Positions 27,978 through 37,531 of a DNA stretch of 64,000 nt are shown one piece after another (within the stretch, counting starts at the first letter, position 1; each line of letters begins with the position of its first letter). The stretch comes from a virus (Duplodnaviria; Heunggongvirae; Uroviricota; Caudoviricetes), in the IMG/VR virus record IMGVR_UViG_3300032293_000813, positions 87,000 to 150,999 of that record. One strand, 5' to 3'. The notes under the pieces were generated by a model, which was not told where the DNA came from, ran no database searches, and saw only the letters and a list, made by a program, of their open reading frames with translations. Both the position numbers and the translations under genes were made by a program.

Positions 27978-29954
27978 TTAACTCATTCTAACATCCGAAA
28001 GTGATATCCACCCCTGAGTAACCGCTCCTCTGGTATTAGTAAACGTAAGATACCCAAAATTATTTTCAATTTTAGTAAACGTACCGGATTCACCCTTAGT
28101 AATATATGCAGCCCTTTTAGAAGAAGAGTTTGAACTTGAATGGAAAAATGCCTTACCAGTTTGAACTACAAACGGGCCACTAGTTTTATTAGCCGAAGTT
28201 ATTGTAGGCCTAGCTGCTAATATTCTTTCTATAGGTGGAGGTTGTATAGAAGTTAACGACTTTAATTGTATTGGAACTATTTTAATATTTTTATTATTCT
28301 GAAGTCTTTCCTCTGCTCTTATTTGTGCTGCTGCAAAATCAGCCGCCAATTTAGCGGCAAGTGCAGTTTCCGCTGCAATTTTAGCTTCTTTCTCATTCAT
28401 TGCATAAAACGGTCCGACTCCTTTTGGAACATTTATATCAAAGTTTGTATTAACTACTTTTTGTCCAATTGAATTAATTGCCTCTAATCCACCAGTTATA
28501 CCATCTAATGCATCCAATGGGTTAGCCCAATTTATATTTTTAAAGGATGGGACTTGTAAATTAGATAATCCAGGTAAAGCAGTTGATACCAATGAACCGA
28601 ATGATAATCCTCCACTTAATCCTCCACCCTTTGCCGATACTTTAGCCACAAACCCGGCGGCTTTAGTTAATCCCTTTGGTATTTTTGGAAGTGTATCCAA
28701 TTTAGATGAAACTTTATCTAATCCACCTTGAATCTTACCTAATGTTCCACCAACACTGAGTTTAGTTTTAGTATCCTTATCACGTCTTTTAAGTTTTTCT
28801 TTGAGTTTAGCAACCCCTGTGATAATCTTAGATTTTTCTCGTGTAAAGAATGATTTGAATGAACCTTTCTTAGGAAGAGATTTATTAACCAATGATTTTA
28901 AATCAGCAACTTTACCATTTATATAATCCTTAGTTAACATACCTTTCACATCATTAAATTTACCCTGTAAATCTTTAGCTGTATCAGATAGGTTTTTGAT
29001 AGCACCTGACGCATTTTGGAATCTACTCTTTATCTGCCCTGCGGTAGCTAATGCTAAATTTGCATATGCAACCCCACTACCTATTGTTCCTAATAAGTTT
29101 TGTAATCTTGTTATCTTGTTAGGGTCTTTTGAGTATGTAGCTTTTTGTGTCGGTGCTTCCGTAGCTTCGTTAGAATCTCCTTCTAAATCAAATACAGTTT
29201 TAACACCAGCAGGGATACCATATGAGTAATCTAAAATAAATGTTGGCTTCGAATCACCATCTAACCACTTCAGCATAAAATCTGGAGTTAACGTCCATTT
29301 TAATCTACCATTATCAGTAGTTAATCCTTTTGTTTGAGATAAATACTTGTCTACAAATTCACCCCAATTAAAATTTATATAAGCAAAGTTTCCATTATCC
29401 TTATCTAAATCGTATAAAACTTTATCTAAATTATTTTGATATGCCGTTAATAAGTTATCAAACGTAAATTTACTAACATATCGCAATCCATTGGATGGAG
29501 TATGGTTATCTATAACTGCTACATATGGGAAATATGTATCCTCTACAACTACTATATTACCGAAATCATTATCAACGGGAATAGTTACAAAATTTATTTT
29601 ACTATAATATCCAAATAGAGTTACATTTTCTTTTTCACCGGTAGTAGCACCTTTACCAATCCCAATTTCAACGGGTTGAATCGGGTCTATCTTAGGTTCA
29701 ACTTTTGGCTCTTTTATTGGAAATCGCTTAACAGGCTCTTCTTTTATAGGTTCACCAATTGGATTAGCGCCTGTAAACTTACCTAATGATTTTACATCTT
29801 TTCGACCGGCTGCAAAAAGCGCAGGTACTGCTAATAAACTAAGACCACCGGTAAAAGGGGCTGCGATAACCGCACCAATTCCAACTATTAGTTTACCTAC
29901 GGTTGATTTTACAACCTTCTTAAATGCGTTACCTATACTTTTGAAAAATCCCAT
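27978..29954 (-). CDS. large membrane-anchored protein with Gly/Lys-rich repeats and SH3b-like C-terminus
   Basis: N-terminal TM; KGGGLSGGLSFG repeats; C-terminal ...GYLTFTNTRGAVTQGWISLSDV resembles bacterial SH3. Confidence 0.45.
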   Translation of the reverse strand: MGFFKSIGNAFKKVVKSTVGKLIVGIGAVIAAPFTGGLSLLAVPALFAAGRKDVKSLGKFTGANPIGEPIKEEPVKRFPIKEPKVEPKIDPIQPVEIGIGKGATTGEKENVTLFGYYSKINFVTIPVDNDFGNIVVVEDTYFPYVAVIDNHTPSNGLRYVSKFTFDNLLTAYQNNLDKVLYDLDKDNGNFAYINFNWGEFVDKYLSQTKGLTTDNGRLKWTLTPDFMLKWLDGDSKPTFILDYSYGIPAGVKTVFDLEGDSNEATEAPTQKATYSKDPNKITRLQNLLGTIGSGVAYANLALATAGQIKSRFQNASGAIKNLSDTAKDLQGKFNDVKGMLTKDYINGKVADLKSLVNKSLPKKGSFKSFFTREKSKIITGVAKLKEKLKRRDKDTKTKLSVGGTLGKIQGGLDKVSSKLDTLPKIPKGLTKAAGFVAKVSAKGGGLSGGLSFGSLVSTALPGLSNLQVPSFKNINWANPLDALDGITGGLEAINSIGQKVVNTNFDINVPKGVGPFYAMNEKEAKIAAETALAAKLAADFAAAQIRAEERLQNNKNIKIVPIQLKSLTSIQPPPIERILAARPTITSANKTSGPFVVQTGKAFFHSSSNSSSKRAAYITKGESGTFTKIENNFGYLTFTNTRGAVTQGWISLSDVRMS

Positions 29955-29996
29955 ACTGAATAAACTATATTACGATAATAAATATCGAAAATAAGA

Positions 29997-30857
29997 TTAT
30001 ATGGGTTGTATGATATGTGAGTAGCTTAAATCTACTTCTAAGAACTGAACCAACTCTTTTGCATACTTTTGATGACCGAATACTCCAGGATGCACATCAT
30101 CTATATCGATTTCATCCTTAATACACCCATTAACCTTCTGAGCGTATTCATAGGGTGCTCCAAATGGAACTAAGTGTTCTGTAAACATCGGCTGAGGAAA
30201 TTGAATCAGATTGTAATCCAAATCTCGTGTAATATAGAATCTAACCCCATTTAGCTTCAAAAAGGAGAGGAAATTAAGGAGTTTAAGGTTAAGTGATTGG
30301 ATTATACTCTTAGGTTCTAATATCGAATCCTTGATACCTTGAAACGAATGACGGAAGTAGTTGTTATCATCGTTATGTGTACGGAACGCATAATCCCTAC
30401 ATACGAACCAATCCTCTATATCATTATCGTTCCCTATAGTGTAATTGAATAAAAGGTAATCCTTATACTTCTTTGAATAGAACTCTAAGCGAGAGTAATC
30501 GGGTACCTCTAAGAATACTATCATATCCTTTCTACTATCCCAATTATCCGTAACGAATCTAAATGTTTTACGAATCAACCTCTCTATACCACCGCCACTC
30601 TTTGAATCGTTTACCGTTTTGATACCTGTCATTTCGGAGAAGACGGCAGGATAAGCCATATCTAATCGTGTCTTCCAATAAGGAATTCCATGCTTCTCTT
30701 TATATTTTTTAAGAACATCTCGTCTACCATCTGTAAGAGGAGGCTCAACTCCGTTAGAATCTCTTTCATTCCAATCTACATCATTTTCAGTTTCCAATCC
30801 ACCACCTTGCGTAAACGAGCATCCATTGAAGTATGCTAACTTTATATCTCTTAACAT
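29997..30857 (-). CDS. SGNH-hydrolase-like paralog 3 (GCS variant)
   Basis: N-terminal LAYFNGCSFTQGGGL. Confidence 0.45.
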   Translation of the reverse strand: MLRDIKLAYFNGCSFTQGGGLETENDVDWNERDSNGVEPPLTDGRRDVLKKYKEKHGIPYWKTRLDMAYPAVFSEMTGIKTVNDSKSGGGIERLIRKTFRFVTDNWDSRKDMIVFLEVPDYSRLEFYSKKYKDYLLFNYTIGNDNDIEDWFVCRDYAFRTHNDDNNYFRHSFQGIKDSILEPKSIIQSLNLKLLNFLSFLKLNGVRFYITRDLDYNLIQFPQPMFTEHLVPFGAPYEYAQKVNGCIKDEIDIDDVHPGVFGHQKYAKELVQFLEVDLSYSHIIQPI

Positions 30858-30859
30858 TA

Positions 30860-31264
30860 TTATTTTTTTGTTCTTCTACTTTTTTGTTTGGATTCCCCAC
30901 CTATGTTAGTGAATAAACTAATTAATTCCATCTCTTTATGGTTTAATCCCTTTGTAATACCATCGGATAGAGTATATACCAATTCACCTTTAGGGTTAAC
31001 TGCCATTCTTAGTAAATCCTTTTCACACATCTGATTGATAGTTTCTGCGATACCATCAGATGATACTACCCTAACAAGTATAATAAATTCTTCTGAACTT
31101 AGATTCATATCATCTGTCTGTTCCCATTTTCTTTGCATTGCCACCTGTAATCTATATTTGAAAACATCTACATCTACAAATGGGTAATCTCCAAAAAAAT
31201 TAGTTTGATTTAGGATATCAACTATCTCATCGGATTTTTCTATAATCTCTGTTAGTATATTCAT
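30860..31264 (-). CDS. hypothetical protein
   Basis: ORF tiling. Confidence 0.4.
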   Translation of the reverse strand: MNILTEIIEKSDEIVDILNQTNFFGDYPFVDVDVFKYRLQVAMQRKWEQTDDMNLSSEEFIILVRVVSSDGIAETINQMCEKDLLRMAVNPKGELVYTLSDGITKGLNHKEMELISLFTNIGGESKQKSRRTKK

Positions 31265-31461
31265 AAATTGATGTTTAGGTTCTCCATAGATTTCTCTAAT
31301 TGGATAACATACGCTTCGAATTCAGGTGAGCGATAGTATTCCTCTATTGCTTCCTCTAGTTCTTTTACTTCACTTTCTAATACTTCTATATCTTTTTCCA
31401 TACCTATAAATATACAAATAAAAATAGTGGTGACATTTCTACCACCACTACAAATATACAA
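31261..31461 (-). CDS. hypothetical small protein
   Basis: ORF tiling. Confidence 0.3.
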   Translation of the reverse strand: MYICSGGRNVTTIFICIFIGMEKDIEVLESEVKELEEAIEEYYRSPEFEAYVIQLEKSMENLNINL

Positions 31462-31484
31462 ATAATATTTTACTTTTACAAATC

Positions 31485-32507
31485 CTATTGAATATTCTTA
31501 AACATCTGAGGTACTGTGCCATAAACTGGCAACTTACCATCCCATTTGTTAATATACTCTAATTGTAATAACAATGGTGTTAGGGTTTGCTGTTTCATTC
31601 TATTAGCCTCAGCCTCAGCTTTTGCTGATGTCAACATAGCTTGTGCATTACCTTCTGCCGTTGCTACCTTAATCTTTGCCTGTGCTTCAGCAGTTTTAAC
31701 TTCATTCTCTGCTCTTAATGCGGATTGAACTGCGTTATTTTTAGCTTCAATTGATTTCTTAAAGGTTTCAGGATAAATCAAATTAGATGTGAACTGATTG
31801 ATAATAAATCCTTCTTTTAATAACTGACCATCCAACAATCTACGAACTTCTACTTCGAATATTGCTCTATTACTAATCAATTCATCGGCAGTATATTTGT
31901 TAGTTGCTAATCGGAATGCATCATACACTGCGGTCTTTAAGAACCCCTCCTCTATATCACCCAACGGTCTACGATATTTAGCGAAGATAGCGGGTACTTT
32001 ATCTCTCTGTACTGAATAGTTCATAATAGGTGATACACTAAACTCCGAACCATCTTTACTATTCACAATGAATGAGTTATCTCCATCTTCCGTTTTTCTA
32101 TACTCTTTGTGTTGAATATATGTAGGGAACTCATAAATCTTAGTTGTAATTGGGTTGTAGAATACCATACCGGTAACTGCTACTACATCATCTACTCCTT
32201 TATTATCACCATACAGGTTTACTTTAACACCAACGTGTCCTGCATCTACTCTTTCACACGAATTGAATAATACTACTAATAGGATAAATCCTATGATACT
32301 TGCTCCGATTGCTTTAATCATTTTTTTAATTTTTAATTGTTTATTTAATTTTAATTTTGTTCTTTCTTCTTCAATTTCTCTTTGCCTTTGTGCATACCTT
32401 TCTTCAAATGATTCCATATTACTTTGTTTTAGGTTTGCGTTTTTGCTTAACGGGTTCAATTGGTTTACTTTCTTCCACCAATTCCTCTGAACTTCTAGCA
32501 TATTCAT
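31485..32507 (-). CDS. SPFH/band-7 (HflK/prohibitin-like) membrane protein
   Basis: TM segment then AGHVGVKV...SPFH core, and Ala/Glu-rich coiled-coil tail TAEAQAKIKVATAEGNAQAM. Confidence 0.7.
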   Translation of the reverse strand: MNMLEVQRNWWKKVNQLNPLSKNANLKQSNMESFEERYAQRQREIEEERTKLKLNKQLKIKKMIKAIGASIIGFILLVVLFNSCERVDAGHVGVKVNLYGDNKGVDDVVAVTGMVFYNPITTKIYEFPTYIQHKEYRKTEDGDNSFIVNSKDGSEFSVSPIMNYSVQRDKVPAIFAKYRRPLGDIEEGFLKTAVYDAFRLATNKYTADELISNRAIFEVEVRRLLDGQLLKEGFIINQFTSNLIYPETFKKSIEAKNNAVQSALRAENEVKTAEAQAKIKVATAEGNAQAMLTSAKAEAEANRMKQQTLTPLLLQLEYINKWDGKLPVYGTVPQMFKNIQ

Positions 32508-32673
32508 ATAATGCTAATCCACCCCAAACAATTAGTAACAATAATCCGATACCAGCTAAGATGTTTAGCAACGTATTGGCGGTTGTTAGGCCTGGGTAGA
32601 TTGCGAATGTTACAATTAAGAAAATTGTAATTGCATTGAAGATTTGAGTTTTGTACTTTTTTAATTTATCCAT
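32419..32673 (-). CDS. small membrane protein
   Basis: 2 TM, basic C-terminus; overlaps the start of the SPFH ORF so one of the starts may be wrong. Confidence 0.35.
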   Translation of the reverse strand: MDKLKKYKTQIFNAITIFLIVTFAIYPGLTTANTLLNILAGIGLLLLIVWGGLALYEYARSSEELVEESKPIEPVKQKRKPKTK

Positions 32674-32680
32674 TTTATTT

Positions 32681-33187
32681 TTATTTTGTTTTATTTATAT
32701 AACCAATTCCACCTTGCACTCCGGCAAATTTACCATACTTTTCTAATGCCTGTTTGCGAGTGATGATATTAGCGTTTCTATGATATATGGCGTATTCCCA
32801 TTCTTTTTCAGGTCTATAACCAGGACCTTTCCACTCCGAATGAATCAACCTGTCATACTTAACAATCTCACCCATAGTTGCCTCTAAAACATATTCTTCG
32901 GATGTTTCAATCATCATCATACCTTCGAATATTTTATCATCAGCTGGTTTATTGTAAGTAACCGTATAACCTGCCTCCTTAGAAGTTTCTAAATCATCTA
33001 AACTTCTTGCACTAATTTCTAACACCACTTCAGTTGAAATAGGTTTTTTGGATATGATAGCTTTAGAATATACTTCTTCTAATTTAGCTATATTAGCCGC
33101 GCCATACTTCTTTAATGCTTGAGTAGGAGTATCAAACAAATCTGTGCAGGGTTTATCACCCTTAAGATATACTTTGTACATTTTCAT
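32681..33187 (-). CDS. hypothetical protein
   Basis: ORF tiling. Confidence 0.4.
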   Translation of the reverse strand: MKMYKVYLKGDKPCTDLFDTPTQALKKYGAANIAKLEEVYSKAIISKKPISTEVVLEISARSLDDLETSKEAGYTVTYNKPADDKIFEGMMMIETSEEYVLEATMGEIVKYDRLIHSEWKGPGYRPEKEWEYAIYHRNANIITRKQALEKYGKFAGVQGGIGYINKTK

Positions 33188-33204
33188 AACTTATCGTTTA
33201 GGGT

Positions 33205-33657
33205 TTACCAAGATGAAGAATAATAATAAGAAGAATCACTTTCATCCGCTAATGCTTCTTTAAGAATCTCAATTGTATTATCGATATCTTTAAAATACCA
33301 CTCATCATATTCGGTATTACCAAAAAAGAATCCACTTGTTGAAGGTAATAAAGTATCTGCTTGTTCGTGATTTAAATTAACTGCAATACATACTTCCAAT
33401 AACTTTTCTAAGTCATCTGTGCTCACATAATAATCTCCACAATTATCTACACCATTCTGTACATTATCTACAAACCAACGATGAATTTGATTAGCCTTAC
33501 GCCAATAACCTGCTTCCTCAATTATGTACTTAACCTTTTTAGGGTCGATGTTTGTAGGGTTACCTGCTTTGGTTACCGTTACTTCATAGTTGTTATCACC
33601 ATTATGTTCCCAATGTTTAACATAAGTGTGCTTGTTCAAATACATGTCTAATCCCAT
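33205..33657 (-). CDS. hypothetical protein
   Basis: ORF tiling. Confidence 0.4.
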   Translation of the reverse strand: MGLDMYLNKHTYVKHWEHNGDNNYEVTVTKAGNPTNIDPKKVKYIIEEAGYWRKANQIHRWFVDNVQNGVDNCGDYYVSTDDLEKLLEVCIAVNLNHEQADTLLPSTSGFFFGNTEYDEWYFKDIDNTIEILKEALADESDSSYYYSSSW

Positions 33658-33675
33658 AGTTTTATATTTTAAATT

Positions 33676-34050
33676 TTAGTAAATAATATGAATTGGTTCT
33701 TTAATCTTTACACGTCCACCATTCTTTTTGCCCCAACCTTGATTCGGGTCACTCTCACTTCGAGTCGTTGGAATAGTACCGGTGAAATACTGCTCTAAGA
33801 TAACGGCAATTCCATCACCTTCATTCTTAGTAAACATCAAATCACATACCTTACCCCATTCTAAACTCCACTCAAATGAATCATCATAAGTAGAATCTTT
33901 AAACACTCTACCATAAGAATCATAATGCCCACGCATCTCTTCAATTACTTTACCATCTTTCAATAGGTACATTCTACAAGCATCTCCATTAAATGAAGAT
34001 GAAGCAACTGGCAAACCACTCTCTTTACAAATGAAACTGAAACATCCCAT
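33676..34050 (-). CDS. hypothetical protein
   Basis: ORF tiling; partial promoter cassette upstream (34083-34150). Confidence 0.4.
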   Translation of the reverse strand: MGCFSFICKESGLPVASSSFNGDACRMYLLKDGKVIEEMRGHYDSYGRVFKDSTYDDSFEWSLEWGKVCDLMFTKNEGDGIAVILEQYFTGTIPTTRSESDPNQGWGKKNGGRVKIKEPIHIIY

Positions 34051-34141
34051 AATTTTAAATTTTAAGTTTTATATTTAATTTTTATTACATAGTAAATATA
34101 CGAAATCTCGGTGATATAACCAAATATTATTTCGTTTATTT

Positions 34142-34534
34142 TTAATCATATTCTTGTATATCGTAGTAGTGAATCGTTGGATAAACTTCCACAATCTGAG
34201 CCTTTCTATCCTTAAGTTGTTTAAGGTGAATATAGTACTCCTCTTCCGATTTAATAGGGTAATCATGCCACCCACCATCTTTATTGGCAACTTTAATTCG
34301 AACTATTTTAAACTCATCGATATAGCCGGTTCGTTCTGCCTTTTCATAATCATCAACTGTCTTAAAGGTAAAATCAAATACCTCTGTAGATTTTACGGCT
34401 TTCACATACCGATACATGCTATTGAACATTTTCCAAGCTTCATCTTCTGATTCAGCTGAAATAGTAACCCACTCCTGGTCGAAATCACCATAGGAAGGGA
34501 TAAACCCATAGAACTCAAACTCAAACTTTTTCAT
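34142..34534 (-). CDS. hypothetical protein
   Basis: ORF tiling. Confidence 0.4.
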   Translation of the reverse strand: MKKFEFEFYGFIPSYGDFDQEWVTISAESEDEAWKMFNSMYRYVKAVKSTEVFDFTFKTVDDYEKAERTGYIDEFKIVRIKVANKDGGWHDYPIKSEEEYYIHLKQLKDRKAQIVEVYPTIHYYDIQEYD

Positions 34535-34552
34535 AACTTTATATTTTAAATT

Positions 34553-34918
34553 TTAAGATAAATCACTAAATAATACACCCCTAAATCCACCCTTCTCAGC
34601 CTCTTCAATACCTTCCCACTTAAAGAAAGATTCACGAGGTTTCTCATAAAGATACACATTGAAGTTTCTACAAAACCCCAACAGCTTTTGTGTTTCCCAC
34701 TCATAACTCATACTCCATGCTTCTTTGCCGAATGTGAAGTAAATCCAATCCATTACATCACAAATATTCAACATCGGAAATTCATTTTCCAATTCAGCAA
34801 TCGTTCGGTTTCTACCTTCTAATAACATATCCATATTGTTTGATTCTTTTATAAGTTCTTCGAGTTCTTCGATTTTCTCCGCCATCACTTCACAATCATA
34901 ATAATCATAGTAGTTCAT
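34553..34918 (-). CDS. hypothetical protein
   Basis: ORF tiling. Confidence 0.4.
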   Translation of the reverse strand: MNYYDYYDCEVMAEKIEELEELIKESNNMDMLLEGRNRTIAELENEFPMLNICDVMDWIYFTFGKEAWSMSYEWETQKLLGFCRNFNVYLYEKPRESFFKWEGIEEAEKGGFRGVLFSDLS

Positions 34919-34942
34919 ATACTTAATTTTTATAGGTTAGAA

Positions 34943-35302
34943 TTAAAGTCCCTGCTCTCTTCGTAAATCATATTCTTCTTTTTCAAACTCCGAATATTCC
35001 ACCACCTTTAAATAAGGTTTGAAAGCAGTTTCGTAGTACCCTCTAAGGTTACCATAATTAATCATCGAATCGATGAAGTTCTTACGAACGAAAGTCATAT
35101 CTGAACTACCAAACCCCTGGTCTTCAGGCCAATCCGAATAATCGGAAGCAACATCTTCTAAGGAGTTAAATACTGCATCGGAATAGGTGATAACCCTTCC
35201 GGTAAATGTACCCACTACGGGGAAAGCGTTTCGAACGATATCATACCCTTCGATTAAGGAAGAATGTTCGTGGACTTTAGCTAGATTGAATGGTAAACTC
35301 AT
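34943..35302 (-). CDS. hypothetical protein
   Basis: ORF tiling; promoter cassette 17 nt upstream. Confidence 0.4.
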   Translation of the reverse strand: MSLPFNLAKVHEHSSLIEGYDIVRNAFPVVGTFTGRVITYSDAVFNSLEDVASDYSDWPEDQGFGSSDMTFVRKNFIDSMINYGNLRGYYETAFKPYLKVVEYSEFEKEEYDLRREQGL

Positions 35303-35313
35303 AATGTATCTCT

Positions 35314-35420
35314 TTTAGTACATAGTAAAGATACCAAATGAGCATGATATATCCAAGCAATTTACCAATTATTTTTGGAAATATTGAAAAATTTTTGATT
35401 GATTATCAACGAGTTATAAC
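35314..35420 (-). promoter_or_regulatory. intergenic promoter cassette, copy (blocks A/B/C)
   Basis: agtacatagtaaagatacc / atatatccaagcaatttaccaattattttt / gattatcaacgagttataac. Confidence 0.55.
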
Positions 35421-35427
35421 TGGTTGA

Positions 35428-35880
35428 TTATGAACGATTTACCTTACCCTTAATATCGTTCCAGCATTTAGAATTGTAGATTTTTTCTGATGCATAAGCC
35501 TCCACTTCAAATGGATGCTTCTTATACGAACCCTTAAACTTATTATATTTGGTACGACAGGGTTGCAATTGATGAGTCCATTCGTGTACCATTGTATCTA
35601 TTAACTCCCTAACATCTATTAGGTTTTTATAATATATACAAATTTCATTATCTATCTCATCGTAATCCCCGCAAAGTTGTCCATCGTCTATCATTGCGGA
35701 CAAATAGAAGACAGGTTTATATCCTTTCCTATTGTTAACCCCCATATTTCTTTTACACCAATTGAATACCATTGAAGCGATTCTATTCGTCTCCCTTCTA
35801 CCAATATCCTTTATCAGTGTCTTAAGATAAATTTTCATCTTAGGTGGTTTTGTATAAATAGTTTCTATAACTGCTTGCAT
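35428..35880 (-). CDS. HExxH zincin-like putative metallopeptidase (paralog of 40964 and 41538)
   Basis: MVHEWTHQ motif; shared upstream IYLKTLIKDI-type segment with the other two. Confidence 0.45.
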   Translation of the reverse strand: MQAVIETIYTKPPKMKIYLKTLIKDIGRRETNRIASMVFNWCKRNMGVNNRKGYKPVFYLSAMIDDGQLCGDYDEIDNEICIYYKNLIDVRELIDTMVHEWTHQLQPCRTKYNKFKGSYKKHPFEVEAYASEKIYNSKCWNDIKGKVNRS

Positions 35881-35896
35881 AAACGATTTCTTTAGA

Positions 35897-35930
35897 AAAT
35901 AAAAAAGGATGGCCTCCTCGTTGCCATCCT
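35897..35930 (-). terminator. rho-independent terminator
   Basis: Minus strand GGATGGC-loop-GCCATCC followed by TTTTTTATTTT. Confidence 0.55.
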
Positions 35931-36018
35931 CACTATGTAGGGTACTTTTAGTTGTAATAAAAGAGTAAAAGAGAGATTGAGGATGTAACCCTACTCGTAA
36001 CCTTTATTATATAAACGA

Positions 36019-36183
36019 TTACTTAGTTGCAGTAGTATCAGCTGCTACTGATGTAGAATCAGTTGTAGTTGCAGTTGAATCTACAGCTACTGCCGTTGAA
36101 TCTGTAGTTGCTTCTGTTGATGTACCTTTGCCACCACATGCAGTCAAAGCTGCGATTGCGAAAATTGCGATTACTTTTTTCAT
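36019..36183 (-). CDS. small secreted lipoprotein (54 aa), Thr/Ser/Ala-rich
   Basis: MKKVIAIFAIAALTACGGKG... signal peptide plus lipobox; not in ORF track (<60 aa). Confidence 0.45.
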   Translation of the reverse strand: MKKVIAIFAIAALTACGGKGTSTEATTDSTAVAVDSTATTTDSTSVAADTTATK

Positions 36184-36301
36184 TTGTTTTTGTTTTTTGT
36201 TTTAATTTAAATTTATATAACTGTTTATAAGTTTTGTAGTAAAAGAAGGGGAAACCAGAGGTAAACCCCTTCTTAGTAATAAGTATGAGAACTTAAATGG
36301 A

Positions 36302-36481
36302 TTATGCCATTAATTCAGCTCTCACCGCTTTAGCCTTCTTCAAAGAACTAGCGTATTGAGATAATACTTCACCATTGAATCCAACTCTTACTCTGTAGTT
36401 TACAGTTCCAGATGGAGTTGTAATCTTTTGGATGTTAGAAGATACTGTCTCGTACATTGTTGCTTTTGACTTCTTAGCCAT
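36302..36481 (-). CDS. small basic protein (59 aa), possible AP2/integrase-arm-like DNA-binding fold
   Basis: GTVNYRVRVGFNGEVLSQYASSLKKAKAVRAEL fits the G.W..rv..g....LG.f.t.eeA pattern loosely; a hairpin terminator follows. Confidence 0.3.
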   Translation of the reverse strand: MAKKSKATMYETVSSNIQKITTPSGTVNYRVRVGFNGEVLSQYASSLKKAKAVRAELMA

Positions 36482-36631
36482 AATAATTGTTTCAGTTTGA
36501 TTATTCCTACTGATGGAGGTTTTTGTTTAAGAGAACTTTATAATAGGGGTCTCTCTGATTTAATCCCTTTCTTTTTACTTCGTAAAGATACGAAAATTAT
36601 TTCAATCTACCAAGTCTTTTTTGGTTTATTT

Positions 36632-37219
36632 TTAAATTAATTGTAAAGCCTTACTGATAGTACTTTCTGAATAACCATATCCCTTAGCTTTCTCAATCGC
36701 TTTCTCCACCGATAACACTCCAAACACATACTCACCGGCGATTAAACCTTTGATGGTTTTGATTGCCGAAGGCCAACTTCCGTGAGGAGCTTTGTTTTCA
36801 ACATGTAAATACTTTGTACCGAAATCCAACTTAGTACCATTATCCGATTTGCCAGGCTCACCATACTCATATGATTCACTCCAACCATCGTAACGTCCAC
36901 CACACATTTGTCTAATGAATGAATTGATTTCTTTCCACTCTTTAGATTCTACATCCATATCAGAACCATCGGGATTACATACATAAACACTAGCCGAATT
37001 ACCATTTGCGAAAGTTTCAGATGAACCCCATACTAATAAGTGTGGGTACTTAGCTTTCATAAATTGTTTAGCTATTACGGGACACTCTTTACGTCCGATA
37101 GAGATATATGGGTTGTCTAATTTCTTTCCCCAATAATCGGTAGTTCTTAAACACTCAGCGGGTAGTTCAAAATTCATACCACACCATTCGAATTTCATTT
37201 TGTTTTTGTTAGTTTTCAT
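36632..37219 (-). CDS. hypothetical protein
   Basis: ORF tiling; promoter cassette upstream. Confidence 0.4.
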   Translation of the reverse strand: MKTNKNKMKFEWCGMNFELPAECLRTTDYWGKKLDNPYISIGRKECPVIAKQFMKAKYPHLLVWGSSETFANGNSASVYVCNPDGSDMDVESKEWKEINSFIRQMCGGRYDGWSESYEYGEPGKSDNGTKLDFGTKYLHVENKAPHGSWPSAIKTIKGLIAGEYVFGVLSVEKAIEKAKGYGYSESTISKALQLI

Positions 37220-37228
37220 ATCTTTTAT

Positions 37229-37315
37229 CTTTTATTACATAGTAAATATACAAATAATTGCTGAGACCACCAAGCTTTTTAGTGGGTTTTTTCAATTATT
37301 TTTTGAAATAATGTT
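37229..37315 (-). promoter_or_regulatory. intergenic promoter cassette copy (blocks A/B)
   Basis: ttacatagtaaatatacaaa ... ccaccaagcttttt...caattatttttt. Confidence 0.45.
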
Positions 37316-37410
37316 GGTAGATTGTCTTACCGAACACATATCCAATAATGGAAACTCCACTAAGGATGATAAACTCTAAAACTGAAATTGATTCGTTGTA
37401 CATATCTTAT

Positions 37411-37508
37411 CTTTTGTTACATAGTAAAGATACGAAAAAGGCGGGAACTGGCAAGCTTTTACCCAATTATTTTTAAAAATTCTTGATTGAGTATCAATGA
37501 GTTATGTA
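37411..37508 (-). promoter_or_regulatory. intergenic promoter cassette copy (blocks A/B/C, near-consensus)
   Basis: cttttgttacatagtaaagatacgaaaaag / ggcaagcttttacccaattattttt / cttgattgagtatcaatgagttatgta. Confidence 0.55.
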
Positions 37509-37531
37509 TATAGAAAATACATATATGTATA

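Noticed and set aside
31485-32507. Possible mis-called start of the SPFH protein (long hydrophilic N-terminus overlapping the 84-aa membrane ORF 32419-32673)
   Set aside because: Cannot decide from sequence alone whether the true start is the internal MIKAIGAS... (TM segment) or the upstream ATG; left as annotated with a note.
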